A DNA stretch of 63,619 nucleotides, counting the filler, from Octopus bimaculoides (lineage: Eukaryota): the NCBI RefSeq assembly GCF_001194135.2. It is 7 parts of 7 records of this genome, joined end to end, with 100 filler letters (N's around TTAATTAATTAA, not from the genome) between each part and the next. Parts side by side here need not be neighbours in the genome. Positions count along the whole stretch, not along the records: positions 1 to 22,451 come from NC_068981.1; positions 22,552 to 38,430 come from NC_068983.1; 5 more parts are not named here. One strand, given 5' to 3'. A model generated the notes under the pieces. It did not search any database, had not been told where the DNA came from, and was given only the letters and a program-made list of their open reading frames with translations. The position numbers and the translations under genes were made by a program. This document shows positions 13,082 through 26,236 of this stretch, piece after piece (position 1 is the stretch's first letter; every line of letters starts with the position of its first letter).

Positions 13082-15454
13082 TTTAGGTAAATGGAAAGGA
13101 AAAAAAAGATAAATAAATGTTTAAAAAAAGATAAAAACTATAGTGAAACAGTAAAAAACGCTAAGAGCAACCGCGGTAATGTAATGTTTAACCAAACTCA
13201 CTGCAAAATGAGTTTAGCGTCATCATTTCAAAGACGAGATGTCACTTGTTATCGTCATTAAATGAAAACAGAAAGGCAATAAGAAAAGAAAATCTTTAGT
13301 GATGGCCGCAATGCATAATGTTTATAATGTAAATAATTGGTTTCTTGGGAAAGAAGTACTAAAAACTTTTCGAAGGATTCATTGATGTTGTTCGAGTTGA
13401 AACAGAAAAAAGAAAACTGAGATGCTAGAAGAGGCATTAATCCAATTACTGAAGCTCTAAACAGCCTAAAGAACGCTCTATAACAATTCAATCGCTTTTA
13501 ATGAATTTAATAATGGTTAAAATATAGATCGCTAGTGTTGACCGAGATAATACGTAAGTGGTTATTTAATAAGAAAACTCGATTAAATACTGACACACAC
13601 TAGTGTCTAGTTTGGTTCCAGTTCAATCTCATGCTAGGTGACTACCTTTCTGTGAACAATAAATTAAGTAATAATGATATGCTGACGCTGTTTTCCCTTT
13701 ACCTCTTCAAATATCGAAACTGTGTCTAACTCTTTGAATACTTTTACTCGCTGATCCGACAGTACATAAATCATTTCCTTAACAACTCACTTTGCGATCT
13801 GGTTTTAATTCCTATTTATATCAATGCCACTTTGCTTATACCCTATATATACTTACAGAAAGTAATGAATTTCATCCAAATTCATTAATTTTGACAATTA
13901 AAAGTGAGAAATGAAGTAGCTCTTACAAAGCAGAGCTGTATACCTGTATGTTAATGCGTATCAACAGATAAATGTATCGATTTGTGTCTCATCAACTCAG
14001 CGATCCGATTTCATGAGACACTGAGAGGCGAGCAAGTTTTGAGGTACTCCTTCTTTAATGGACAAAGCGCTTAACTCTGAAAAGGTACTGCACATCTAGC
14101 TGGAAATAGATACGTAAATAATAACAACGATGTCGTTGTAAGCTGTGCAACACTAAAATTGACGAGAAATTCACTAACAAGACGTTCAATTGGTGAATAT
14201 AGCTTGGAGAAACATATCTGTTCAATTGCCTTGTTTATCCTACACTTATATTACAAAGAAACACAGCAAATTAATGACTATTACTTTCTAAATTTCTAAA
14301 CAAATATAATACAGTGGATTACTATAATATTGTAGAATGTTGTTATTGTACCTTAGTGGTTGCTATAAAAATATTTTCCCATCTCGTAATCCATATCACG
14401 TCTTATTCATGACTATGAACACTTGAAAAAGGATGTCAAATTCACACATTTTAAACCAGATTGAAGATATACAGAAATAAGCATCGAAACACATTATAAA
14501 CAGTGTGTTGAAAGATTTTAAATTGATAATTAGTATTTGTTTTAGATTTTCTATTTCATATTTTAATTCATTAGCTAGGATGTTTTTTTCTGCAAATGCT
14601 TTTATAATTAACGTGAGTTTGGATGATAGACTAGTTATATGAGTTATATTTTTTATGAGAGCTTTTAGCAGCACACTATTTTGAGAAGTCAGAAAAGGGA
14701 AATTTAATTTAAAGTAAACTTTCTTCTGTAAATTATGAAGAAAACATCAACAATAAAGCAAAATTTCTATGCTAACGAAGATTGAATTTCATCTTAATGC
14801 AATCATTTGTGTTAATAACTGTATCGCATTTCATTTCATTTGTTTATTGTTTGTATTATTTATATATGTTTTAGTTTCATGTAATTTTGGAAGTTCGATT
14901 CTTATTTCAAGTCTTCTGTCTACAATGAATATCAAACGTCGAATTCCGCATACTTAGATATTCCAACGTGCTAAAAGCATGTTGTAAGTTTATTTCAAGA
15001 ACATATTTTTACTTACTTCTTTAAGTTGTTATAGTTTCTTGTTAATTTGATATATTCACATTTAGAAGATTTTATGTCAGGTGTTTTTTTTATATCAAAA
15101 TAAAAATTTAGTGTAGATTTAATTTACAAGTCAATGCTAATAAATGCAGACTGATGGGATCCATAAAGAACATCAATCTCGAGACTACTTACATTTCCAA
15201 AATCTATGCATACATGGATACTAACGTACACATACATGTATCCTTACATACAAACTGACATACTGTAGCACAGATGACTAGTAGCCAAGAGTTGGAAGAA
15301 AATTATAGGCGTAAAGATTCCGTACAAGCCTTACACCAACTGTCTAAACCAATTCATGCAGGAACATTTTAAGTCCCACAAAAAATGGCTAATGGGTACG
15401 AAGGGGAAAAGAAGGGAGCGTGGGGATAAACCGAACAGTTTTATATATATATAT

Positions 15455-15610
15455 GACGGACTTCTTTCTGTTTCCGTCTACCAAATCCACTCACAAGGCT
15501 TTGGTCGGCCCGAGGCTATAGTAGAAGACACTTGCCCAATGTGCCATGCAGTGGAACTGAATACGGAACTATGTGGTTGGTAAGCAAGCTACTTACCACA
15601 CAGCCACTCC
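15455..15610 (-). mobile_element. SINE family 1 copy
   Basis: Near-full-length reverse-complement match to 39518-39683. Confidence 0.85.
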
Positions 15611-16759
15611 ATACATATATATGATAAAAGTGAGAAAAAAGCAGGATATTTAAAATTGGGTCCTGCATTAATGAGAAACGCTTTACTGCAAGTCTCTTAC
15701 CGTTCGTTTGGAGCAATAAACTTCCTAAACACACAATTACCTTGTCTTTGTTTCTAAACATATATCGGCTTAGCGCAAGGATGTAAATTTTTACTAGCGT
15801 GTATACTTCATCTGAAGAATTACTAGAGATTTTTAGAAGAAACAACTGAGGTAGATCCCTCTGTATTGTAGATTGGAAATCTTATTTACTAATGCTCCAG
15901 TAATAGAAGCAATAGAAATTATATTAGATAACCTATATAAATGCCTTTCATACAAGCCGCCCATGATACCAGTCACGTATAATACTATAGTATACAATTG
16001 TATTTTATTTCTGTTCCTTTTGACCATTTATTTATTTCGGATTGGTTTCTACTGATGTTCAGAAAGCACATAGCTTAAAATACCTTGAACTACTACTATA
16101 AATATACACACGTGAACACATAAGCACATGACAGCAAGAACAAAAAGCAAAAAAAAGCAAACAAAAATAAACAAACCAAAACAAAAGCAGGACAAAAACA
16201 AAACAAACAAAACAATTAGACACAAATATATTAACTCTCATAGAAATCTAACCATACGGTTCTAAGGACACTAATCATTCATTATTATTCCTTTGTGCAA
16301 AACTCTACTCTATTGTAACCCAGGAAAGATATGATGCTTGCAACGCTAGACTTACAGGAAATATGATAGCTCACGTGAAACATTTTATTGAATAATTATT
16401 AAGCCAGTCTACGTTTAGTTACAACCAGCCCATTGATCCCCGAATTATCACTTGAGTCTGTCAAAAGTCTTCTACCATTATTCATTTCCATCCTGTTTCA
16501 TAAGTTTGATACATCTGCTGTATTTATCAATTTCCTCTCGGCCTTTTTTTCCTCTCTATTTTTACTGTTTTTAATCGATTATTGCTAGACACTCAAAATA
16601 AAAATAATAATAAAAAGAGTAAGAAAAAAAAACCAACAAAAACTAAAGACAATGAATGGAAGCAAAGAACGCGGCCATAGTTTACAGCAAAGTCTTTATT
16701 CATACTCTGTTCAGCTTTTGATCGAAAACAATTATACTGTAATTAATACAGTTAACTTT

Positions 16760-17320
16760 CTATACTACTACAATTACTGTTGCTGCTGCTGCTGCTACTA
16801 CTACTACATCAACAACTACCACTACTTCTACAACTACATTAACAGCAACAACAGCTATTACCACCACCACCACCACCAGTACCACTACCACAACAACATT
16901 AACAACAACAACTATTTTTTACCACTGTGTTGCTACAACAACAGCAACAACAACTACTACACTACTACTACTGCTACTACTAATACCACCACCACCGCCA
17001 CCACCACCATCACTATTACAAGAGCAACAACAGCAACTACTACTATTACCACCACCACCACCACCACCACTGCCACTACAACGTTAACAACAACTACTAC
17101 TTTCTATTACTGCTGCTGCTACAACAATAGCAACTACTACTACTACTACTACTACTACTACTGCTACTACTGCTACTGCTACTACTAGTACTACTACTAC
17201 TACTACTACTACTACTGCTACTGCTACTACTACCACCACCACCAACACTACCACTACAACATCAACAACAACTTTCTGCTGATACCAATACAACAAGAAC
17301 TACTACTACTACTACTTTTG
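16760..17320. repeat. Compound trinucleotide microsatellite (ACT/ACC/AAC/GCT)
   Basis: Directly visible; gives only homopolymeric ORFs. Confidence 0.9.
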
Positions 17321-18116
17321 TATTTGCCACACGGGCGGTATTGAGTAGTATATTACCGGGACAGCTTACAATTTGTCTGGAAGTATACAGAAAACAAATG
17401 AGGAGAAAAGGTAGCAAGGGGGAAAGATGGGATGAAAATATATATATATATATATATATATACAAAATATACATACAGACAAAATACGTGAACACATGAA
17501 TGATGTACTCCTCCTGATATAGGAGAGAGACCCCAGCAAGGCCCAATATAGGAACTCCACCGATGCGAGATCACCCTAATCACGAAGGGTGCCAGCATTA
17601 CTCGCCTCAATTTTTTTCTCCAGTTTATAGGTACAGGCTTAGAGTAGTTCCATTCACCATGAGCATCTTGCCACAATCAGCCATCTTTAGACAGATTCAC
17701 TGAAACTGAGGTTAAAGTCGTCCTAATTTCCAATTTTCTTTAATTTAGGGACAAGTTTAGCAAATTTAAGGGTAGGGGTTTAACAGATTCATTAGTTATT
17801 TTCGAACCTGTTGATAAAGTCGATGTTGATCTTGTTTCTAAAATACATACAAGGTTACAAATTTGAGGAAAAGGTGTTCGTCGAGCAAATCGATACAAAC
17901 ATTTGATAGATATTTTATTTTATCAAATTGGTAAAGATAACGATCGCGGAATTTTAAGAAATAACCAAAAGGAAAAAGGAAATACTGTAAGATATTTTTC
18001 TGTCACACATTGTACTTCTTCTGTGTTTTCAAATTAGAAATATTATTACTATTACTTTATTTACATTATTTACGTTCGACGGATATTTGTCCTCATCTTG
18101 TTTGTTGTTAACACGA

Positions 18117-18195
18117 CGTGGGCATATGGCGTAGTGGATAAGAGCGCGGGCTACTAACCCCAAGATTCCGAGTTCGATTCAAAGCAGTGACCTGA
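18117..18195 (+). mobile_element. tRNA-derived SINE head
   Basis: A box TGGCGTAGTGG, B box GAGTTCGATTC, GGG-CTACTAA-CCC anticodon-like arm, then (AAT)n; second copy at 50910-50965. Confidence 0.7.
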
Positions 18196-18213
18196 ATGAG
18201 GATAATGATGATG

Positions 18214-18253
<40 letters not shown>

Positions 18254-18264
18254 TAATAATAATA

Positions 18265-18558
18265 AAAATAGAGATAACTCGAATGTGGAATCTAAAAACA
18301 GAAACAATTCCTATCATAGTAGGTGCCTTAGGTATAATAAAAAAATATTCAGACAAATACATAACAAAAATACCAGGACTTACAAATATATATAACATAC
18401 AGAAAATTGCACTACTGGGTACTGCACACATTCTACGCAAAACACCTTCAATACAGTAAACATAAGAGCACCACAGCAAACCACAGCACATACCCAAGGC
18501 GCACAGAGCTGCGCTCGGTAGTGAAGTGAAAGCATGTTATAAAAATAAAATTACTGAA
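18265..18558 (+). mobile_element. 5'-truncated R4/Dong-clade LINE (RLE C-terminus plus 3' UTR) between (AAT)n tracts
   Basis: KIEITRMWNLKTETIPIIVGALGIIKK..QKIALLGTAHILRK-stop. Confidence 0.85.
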
Positions 18559-18571
18559 CAACAACAACAAC

Positions 18572-18624
<53 letters not shown>

Positions 18625-18639
18625 CAACAACAACCACAA

Positions 18640-18750
18640 AATCGAAAAATACCTTAGGAATGAGAACCCAGATTTGAAATCTCCCCAAGACACCTGAAAA
18701 ATGCTGGAGGGTATATCAGCCGAAACGTGTGTTAACAACAAACAAGATGA
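18640..18750 (+). mobile_element. Penelope-LTR-like segment with decayed hammerhead (18689-18733)
   Basis: GACAC-CTGAAAA-ATGCTGGAGGGTATATCAGCC-GAAA-CGT-GTGTT; homologous to 51064-51200; core mutated. Confidence 0.55.
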
Positions 18751-18759
18751 GAGCGTTAG

Positions 18760-19350
18760 ATTAGCAGAATTGTTGCCATTCGGGTGGGATGTCTTGCAGT
18801 ATCAGTTTCAACAATTGAAAAAACAATGACACTTCTGCCAGAAGTTGCGACCGAGAAGCTATTATCAGCAGTTCATCGACTACCACTGCCAACACTTCCT
18901 AATTCAAATTTGGTCATCTTCGACATTACACTTCACCTTTCCTGAGTCTATAAAATTGCGTACCGATCAAATAAAGTCTTGGGACGATATAATCGACTCT
19001 TCGCACGTCCTAAAATATATGATTCAGTATTTAAGGAAATACATAGCTAGACCGGCATCACAAAAGCTTATCTTTCCCGTCAGGGCCAGAAATATTCTTC
19101 AGCCCTTAATAGCTACTGACTCTCACACAATTTAGACGAAGCTCGTGATAGTGTGCTGCTCCCACATCTGGAACGGTGATGCTGCTGCTGCTGTATACAT
19201 CAATAATCTTTAACTGCACCCAAAGACTGATTGATATGAAGTCGCTCATCAGCACCTTCCAGTCTGTGATGCACGTAAATGCTATCTCACTACTTTTTCT
19301 TAATATAATGGACTCTGATCTTAAGAGTTATCGAATTTCGTGCTTTCTCC
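18760..19350 (+). mobile_element. Degraded CR1/Jockey-like LINE RT C-terminal region
   Basis: SWDDII..ARPASQKLIFPVRARNIL..CCSHIWNG..QRLIDMKSLISTFQSVMH resembles ASQKL.FLFRARK..EYCSHIW..RLI...L.STLQ.LAH. Confidence 0.55.
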
Positions 19351-20599
19351 TAACAGGAACCCCAACTCTGCTCATATAATTTTTCTAGGCTCCGACTTCC
19401 AAGACTTTGCGAGGAACATTATCAGCACCGTTTTCACAGGTCTTGGAGAATTTGCAACCCTATGCGTACTTTGTTATTTCCCAGACGGTTTTAATATTAC
19501 GTATTCTCTTTCCCTATACAACCCAGTGTAGCTCTGTATTATTTTGTTACGTGTTAAATTTGCATCTTTTGTTTTATAATTTATTATAACGAAATCACTT
19601 ATCGGTAATGTAATGATTATTTCTTTTGAATCTGCAAAGTCTGGCTATCCCTGTTTTCAAAGCTTTAAATTTCGATAGTTTCTCCATTATTCATAGATAC
19701 ATTGTCCTTTGTTGGAATTAATTCATTATTTAGAAGACACTCCTTTTCCAGGGAATGTTTGACAATAAGAATTGCTTTATTTGATTTAATCTCCTGGTAT
19801 GCATGAATTAACTTGTCACTTTCTCTATGGTGTGTTTGCAGCATTTCATATCTGTTGATATTTCAAAATACATAGCTTCCATTGAATGAAACACTCATAT
19901 AAATGCCTGCATTTATATATTAATAAGAATCAGCTGTTAAAGGTAAAGTGTTTAATTTTTGCTTTCCAACCTTCACATAATCTGTAGTTATTTAACATAA
20001 TCTGCTTCAGAACATATTTTTAGTGGACTTTGATCCTACATTCGCAGCAAAATTCCTTCTGTCACATTGCAAAGTTTCTATAACTATTTTCACATTATTT
20101 CTTCAGGGTTTTACCAATGGAAGGTTCGTATCGATTTGCCCTGACACTCTGTCATGTTGTTTATCTTCATTCCTCGGATCTGTCTATTATTGCCTCTGTT
20201 TTCTAATTGGTTTCTTTGTTTTTGTTATTATTTCCATTTGCTTTCCCTTATCGTTTGTAATATGTTATTGTAGCCCAACATTAGATATTCCATTTTTTGC
20301 GTAACTTACATGAATATATGGTAAATACCATCATCAGTAACTGCAGCAACAAAAATCTCCAAAGAAAGGACAACTGCAGCAGCAGTCAAACAAGACAGCC
20401 TAAAAGGGTAATTTTATAACCACAATCAAAAGAAACACTCGCTACACCACAAGTCAACAAAACAAGCATACTCACATAGTTACTCATATAAGCACAGGTA
20501 CTTCTCCATCGCTGGATTTTGCGACTTAGAAGCTTCGTCGTATGACGAGAATGGGACATGCCCATCGCAAGAGGTCATTATTGCTTGAGTGAAGAGAAA

Positions 20600-21500
20600 A
20601 CCAGAATATATTATATCTGTCTCAAGCTCAAAACTGGAATATAGAAATCCTCAGCAAGCCTGAACCAGCTACGCCACAGCACCGCAACTTGTAGGCATCT
20701 TGCAATCGATGTGAATGAGTTGTTTAGAAAATATGATTCTCGGGGTACTGAGATGCTTGATTTCTTCAGGAGTCTAGAAGCGTCCTGTGAAAAGATCTTA
20801 ACATTCCCAGCTGTCTGAAACGTACTTGCTCGATATACAGAATGCATCCGCGTGAACTCTGCACAATCGAGTAATCCAAATAGTATATGGATAGATATTG
20901 TCTAGACTACCCGACAATATTTGTCTACCAAGTTCTAGGTATTTGTTAGGTCAGCATATAGCGAAAGACTAGTGTCAACATTTTCAACTATTTGGCAATA
21001 AAGGCCACAAATTTGTTCTCTGCATTGTCAATCTAGGTGAGATGCTTAGAAAGAGACCCAGTCTCTGAAACCTGAAATCGTCTGTGCCAGCAAGTCAACA
21101 ACCATTTAACCAAGTAGTTCGGTAGCAGTTTATGGGTGAGGTCGTCAACTATCGGTGGTGGAGTGATCTGTAGGAAGAGGGATATAATCGGCAGCATGTA
21201 GCATAGGAGTAGCATCAAATAGATTAGATGAATTAATAAGTGATTAAGAAAAGCGTAGTGAATGGCATGTAAGCAGCAAGAATTGGCTCGGGTGGTGGAG
21301 TACATCTCGGCAACCTCAAAGAGCAGGTATCGTAGATATAGTAACCGGCAGGGAGACCAAAGCTCCTTGATCTAGGCGTAAACAGATTGCAATTAGTCTG
21401 CTACTTGAAATTCTTCAGTAAGATTCTATCAAAACTGATCGATCCAATTTACTTTAATCCCTGATATTTATGGATTTATGAACAATGAGCTTGTGGATAA
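20600..21500 (-). mobile_element. Very degraded LINE reverse transcriptase remnant
   Basis: LVKWLLTCWHRRFQV and LSLYAD-like segments in the expected order; many stops. Confidence 0.35.
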
Positions 21501-21799
21501 TTCAAGCTGGTACACAGTTGCTGAGGATATAAGAGTACAGTCGTTCCCTCTTTTTCTGTCCATGAACATATTATAGGCACATTATTTGCAATCGTTGTAA
21601 CACAGTCTGGGCTAATAAATCTATAGATATATTTTATAGCACATTATAGCTATTTCTTTATAGGGAATCGTTTTATTTTTCATGATGTTTTTTATGCGTG
21701 CTATTGTTTTCATAACGTCCTACATTAGTTACCCTGGTGGCATTAACCGAAATTATGATTTTTATTACCATTACGTAACTGGGAATCGACTCTGTTTTT

Positions 21800-22451
21800 T
21801 TTTTCTTTCGGGTGCCGATAAAACAGCCACCAGTCAGGTGATATCTTCAAATAAATTACCTGATCCCTCTCCACAAATCGGTGATCAGGTAAACTTCGTA
21901 AGAAAGAAGTTGTAGATTCGAAATAATAACAATTGTATTTAATTATAAATGTATTATACCGACTGAGTTCAAACATTCGCCGGATCAATTTTGTCTTCCA
22001 TTTTCTTGTCTTTGATGAAATGATTATCAGCAAAAAAGCCATGAACCATTTTAAGAAACTATTACAATTGTGAGAGGTGAGTGGACACGCCTATTTCACA
22101 GCAGTACTCTACCCAAAAAAACGAAAACGCAACAACACACACATATAAAACATGGAAGAAAAATAATGTAAATATAGACCTCGATAAAACAATGAACCCT
22201 AACCAACTAGCTAACATAAGAAGATATATTCTAAAAGCAAAAAAAATATCAGAAATAGAAATAGAACAATTGAAAGAAAAAATGCATCAGGAAAATCTAG
22301 ATAGTAGTCACACAGCAATGCCAAATAATAATATAAACACTGAGATAGCAAAACACGAGGACAAACGTAACATTCCCGGCAAAAACGAAGTAAACAAAAA
22401 ACAACAGACCCAGACCGTAGAGATGTATAATAGTGTACAAAAAGCACCAAA
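21800..22451 (+). mobile_element. R4/Dong-clade LINE ORF N-terminal region, runs into a gap
   Basis: EWTR..YFTAVLYPK..TYKTWKK..NPNQLANIRRYILKAKKISEIEIEQLKEK resembles the R4/Dong N-terminus; left boundary uncertain. Confidence 0.6.
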
Positions 22452-23532
22452 NNNNNNNNNNNNNNNNNNNNNNNNNNNNNNNNNNNNNNNNNNNNTTAAT
22501 TAATTAANNNNNNNNNNNNNNNNNNNNNNNNNNNNNNNNNNNNNNNNNNNNTATATATATATATATATATTGGTCCTATCCAAGAATCTGATTATTCGGG
22601 GCCTGCAAAATATTCTGTCATTTGTGCGCTTACCGTATCTGGAAGATCGGACGAAATAAGTCCCATTTAGGTTATTTTTACCTTAATTCTCCTGAGAGAA
22701 TACCTCAAACCACATCAGCTCTAATTAGAGAAATATCAAGCAAATCTGGGTGTATACATATGAATTTATCGGTGATGCAAAGAACAATCCTCGATCTTTG
22801 ATCTGAGACAGCTTTTCAAGACTACCGAGTAATGCCTGAACACTATTCGAATAATATAGAGGCAACATGAAAGCAGAACGGACCATAATACTCCCATAAA
22901 CTAAATGCAAAAAGAAATGCCTATATATAGTTAAAAGGAAACATTGTATCATATAGTCCTAGATACATAATACCGGATTTGAGAAAAATATGGGCTATTC
23001 AAATTTAGAATTTCTTTGATCATATTTTTGAAGGGTCAAGGTTCAAGTCTGCTGGCACAACACAAACAGCAATATCAACATAAGACTGTTTATACCAAGG
23101 ACAATACCCTGGAAATTTGTTATTGTGGTGAAGCAGTTGTGGTGGTTCGCGTATATATAGAAAGGATGCATTGTTGGAAAAAGATGTTGTAATGAAGGAA
23201 AGATAAAGATAGAGTAGATATGTGTGTGTGGATAATATGGCTTACAATGAAGAGAGGAAATGAATAGATGAGAATATAAAGAGACTGTGTGAGAGAAAAC
23301 GAGAGAGAAAGAAAGAAAGTGGATATAAAAGGAGACGATGAGCGCAGAAAAAGAAAGGGTAAGAGGTAGTGGATGTCAAAAACAAAAGGAGAAAGTGTAA
23401 GAGAGGTGAATGCGAAGGAGAGGATAATTCAAATTTAATGGAGCAGACGATGCGGAAAGTAGGAAAAGATAAAGACAGATAATGTCAAATAGGTAGATGA
23501 TAGAAAATAGGATAACAAAGAAAGAAAGGAAG

Positions 23533-23586
<54 letters not shown>

Positions 23587-24031
23587 AACGAAAGAAAGGA
23601 AGAAGGGAAGAAAGAGAGAGTAAAGGAATGAAAGAGGGTGGAGATATAGAAAAATGCGGTGGGTATAGAAAAAGCAGAAAAAATGGCAAATTTTAATAGA
23701 AGATATAGAGGTACAAAGGTGGGGGGGGTGGGGGTTGTTTGAACCCACCGTTAATCCAACCATTAATTTTCCTTCTGTAAACGAAACACCATACCTTAGA
23801 GTAATTTCGAAAGACGTTTCCAACTTCAGACATCCAAGAATTAAGGAAAGGAATAGATAAAATCTGGGCTACATATGTTTCGTAGCGAGCGGAACCACGG
23901 AAGTGGTAAATATCCAAGTGAGAGGTGCATACCGCAGGCTACCCTTCAGGTCAAGGGTATCTTCATTAGATGAAGTTTACATTGTCGCTGGGAAACCCAT
24001 GTTAACACACGGAGGATTCGATATATATTTG

Positions 24032-24086
<55 letters not shown>

Positions 24087-24189
24087 CTACGGGCTTCTTT
24101 CAGTTTCCGTCTACCAAATCCACTCACAAGGATTTGGTCGGCCCGAGACTATAATAGACGAAAATATTATGCCGACTTCCTGGGGTAGT

Positions 24190-24350
24190 TACCAAATGCT
24201 ATCGAGACCAAACACTCACGAAAACTGAGGAAAGGGGCTGTTTCATCAAGACAATGCTCCCATACACAAGTCTTTGGTTTCAATGGCTGATGTACGTGAC
24301 TGGCTTTGAACTAGTTGCTCAGCTTCCACTATTCATCTGATTTGGCTACT
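24190..24350 (+). mobile_element. mariner fragment related to 27950-28120
   Basis: FHQDNAPIHKSLVSMADVRD..ELVA. Confidence 0.65.
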
Positions 24351-24599
24351 TAACTGTGTGTCATTGGTCTCAAGTTTCTATTGTCACTGCATGCTTAAGC
24401 AAATTTTGTCCCTACTACTAGAGAAAAACTTTTCGACTGCTACCGATACTCCTGTGTTTTTTAACACTATATGTCTATACAAGATGCTTTCTTAAAACGA
24501 ATGCCGCAATGCTGTGGCCTTTTTCATAGGATATCCATGTCCAGTAAGATATAAAGATTACTGTTTTGAACCAATTCAATTAATATTACCTCCGCCTCT

Positions 24600-25005
24600 A
24601 TGGCGGCGATCTGGCAGAATCGTTAACGACATTTCGTCCTGAGTTCAAGTTCCGCTGAGGTCGACTTTGCCTTTCATCTTTCGAGCTCGATGAAGAAAGT
24701 ACCAGCTGAGTACTGTGTCGATGTAAGTGACTTAGTCTCACTCCTGAAATTTCTGGCCTTGTGCCAAAAGTTTAAAGCAATAACTGTTTAATGCATGGTG
24801 TGATACTCCTGGTTGGAAAGATCCGTAATTGGGAACAGCTTTGGAATTAAAGGTTAGTGGCATTTCGTCTGTCTTTACGTTCTGAATTCCAATTCTGCCG
24901 AGGTCGACTTTGCCTTTCATCCTTTTGGGGCCGATATAATCGACTTACTCCCACCCTCCGAACTTGCTGGCCATGTAGTAAAATTTGAGACCAATATTAC
25001 CTCCC
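24600..25005 (+). mobile_element. Two adjacent SINE family 2 copies
   Basis: Two occurrences of AATTC(T/C)GC(C/T)GAGGTCGACTTTGCCTTTCATC. Confidence 0.75.
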
Positions 25006-25131
25006 CCTTTAAGGCATGTATCGTAATTACCAAATGACCAATAAAATAGCACCAGATGAGAAGGGAAAATAATCTCAATAAACAAGAATACTCCAAAGTT
25101 GACAGCTTTGCTCTGTCGAGATAAGATTACA

Positions 25132-25176
25132 GTCGTTCACATATGTTTCTGCCTCAGTAGACGTCATCAGGACGAC
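25132..25176 (-). ncRNA. Degenerate type I hammerhead motif
   Basis: GUCGUC-CUGAUGA-CGUCUACUGAGGCA-GAAA-CAUAUG-UG-AACGAC. Stem I pairs 5/6, palindromic ACAUAUGU stem III; stem II is broken and position 17 is G, so probably inactive. Confidence 0.5.
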
Positions 25177-25366
25177 AAATATATGTTCAAATTATATGCA
25201 TAATTTTAATAAATATGACCAAACACAAATACTCGTACATGTCCACACTTACAGACACGGAAACAGCCATGTAAAGAAAACCAAATAAGAATGAGAACCA
25301 GGGGACAAAAGATATTGTGAGTGTATATGTATGTATACATGTGCGAATGTGCGCATTAACGTTTCC

Positions 25367-25418
<52 letters not shown>

Positions 25419-25715
25419 TGAGTTTAAATGCGGATGTTGATGCATGAAAATCAAGGAGAGGAATCAAATTGGTTCAAAATTGAGAACAGAAAGAGAAAAT
25501 AGAAAGGAAAACGAAAGGAAGAACGAGAGGAAAAGGCCTAATTGAATAAGAGTCATCGTAGGGGAGGAGGTTAAAGAGGATGGTAGACCAATGAGGGTGG
25601 ATGTGGTGTGCGTTCTAACGAAGCAATCTCCAAGAGATAAAAACAGATATGATTTAGAGAGGAAACAGGTGTAAACTATCAACTGAATCAAGGAACAAGC
25701 ACAAACACAAAAACG

Positions 25716-25746
<31 letters not shown>

Positions 25747-25839
25747 ACAAACACACACACACCCACAGCCGCATAGACACATACATACAAACATATCTAT
25801 ATATATTCATTCATGTACGAACATATATAAATATACAGG

Positions 25840-25872
<33 letters not shown>

Positions 25873-26189
25873 TACATACAATACATATGCATAGTATATA
25901 CGTATGTATATATGTATGCATACATATATGTATGTATGCATGTATATGTGCTTCACAGTACATAGCTGAAACCATATAAAACGAGGAATATTTCATTCAA
26001 ATTGCACTTCTGTTCATAGTTAATTGGAGCTGAGATAAGTATCTGTAAGTAACGGAAAGAACACGGAAAAAATCGTGCATATATTGTAAAAATCATATGT
26101 GCATTTATATATACATGCATAGATACAAACATATGCATACATACATACATGTATATATACATACATGCATGTATGTATGTATATATGTA

Positions 26190-26233
<44 letters not shown>

Positions 26234-26236
<3 letters not shown>

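Noticed and set aside
14396-14674. 92-aa ORF faintly like a Penelope RT C-terminus
   Set aside because: Similarity too weak to call by eye.
18117-18195. tRNA-like sequence with ACT anticodon-like loop
   Set aside because: No acceptor stem, and it is followed by a microsatellite and repeated at 50910; it is a SINE head, not a tRNA gene.
19650-20200. Possible RTE-like LINE linker remnant on the minus strand
   Set aside because: Only vague motif echoes, with too many stops to support.
21856-21892. Perfect 10-bp inverted repeat TTACCTGATC/GATCAGGTAA near the R4 5' region, considered as part of an HDV-like ribozyme
   Set aside because: A single hairpin only; the nested double pseudoknot could not be identified.
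22496-22507. TTAATTAATTAA flanked by N runs, recurring at about 22496, 38475, 48921, 56564, 59491 and 61674
   Set aside because: Identical 12-mer with stops in all six frames, always embedded in fixed-length N padding: an assembly linker, not biology.
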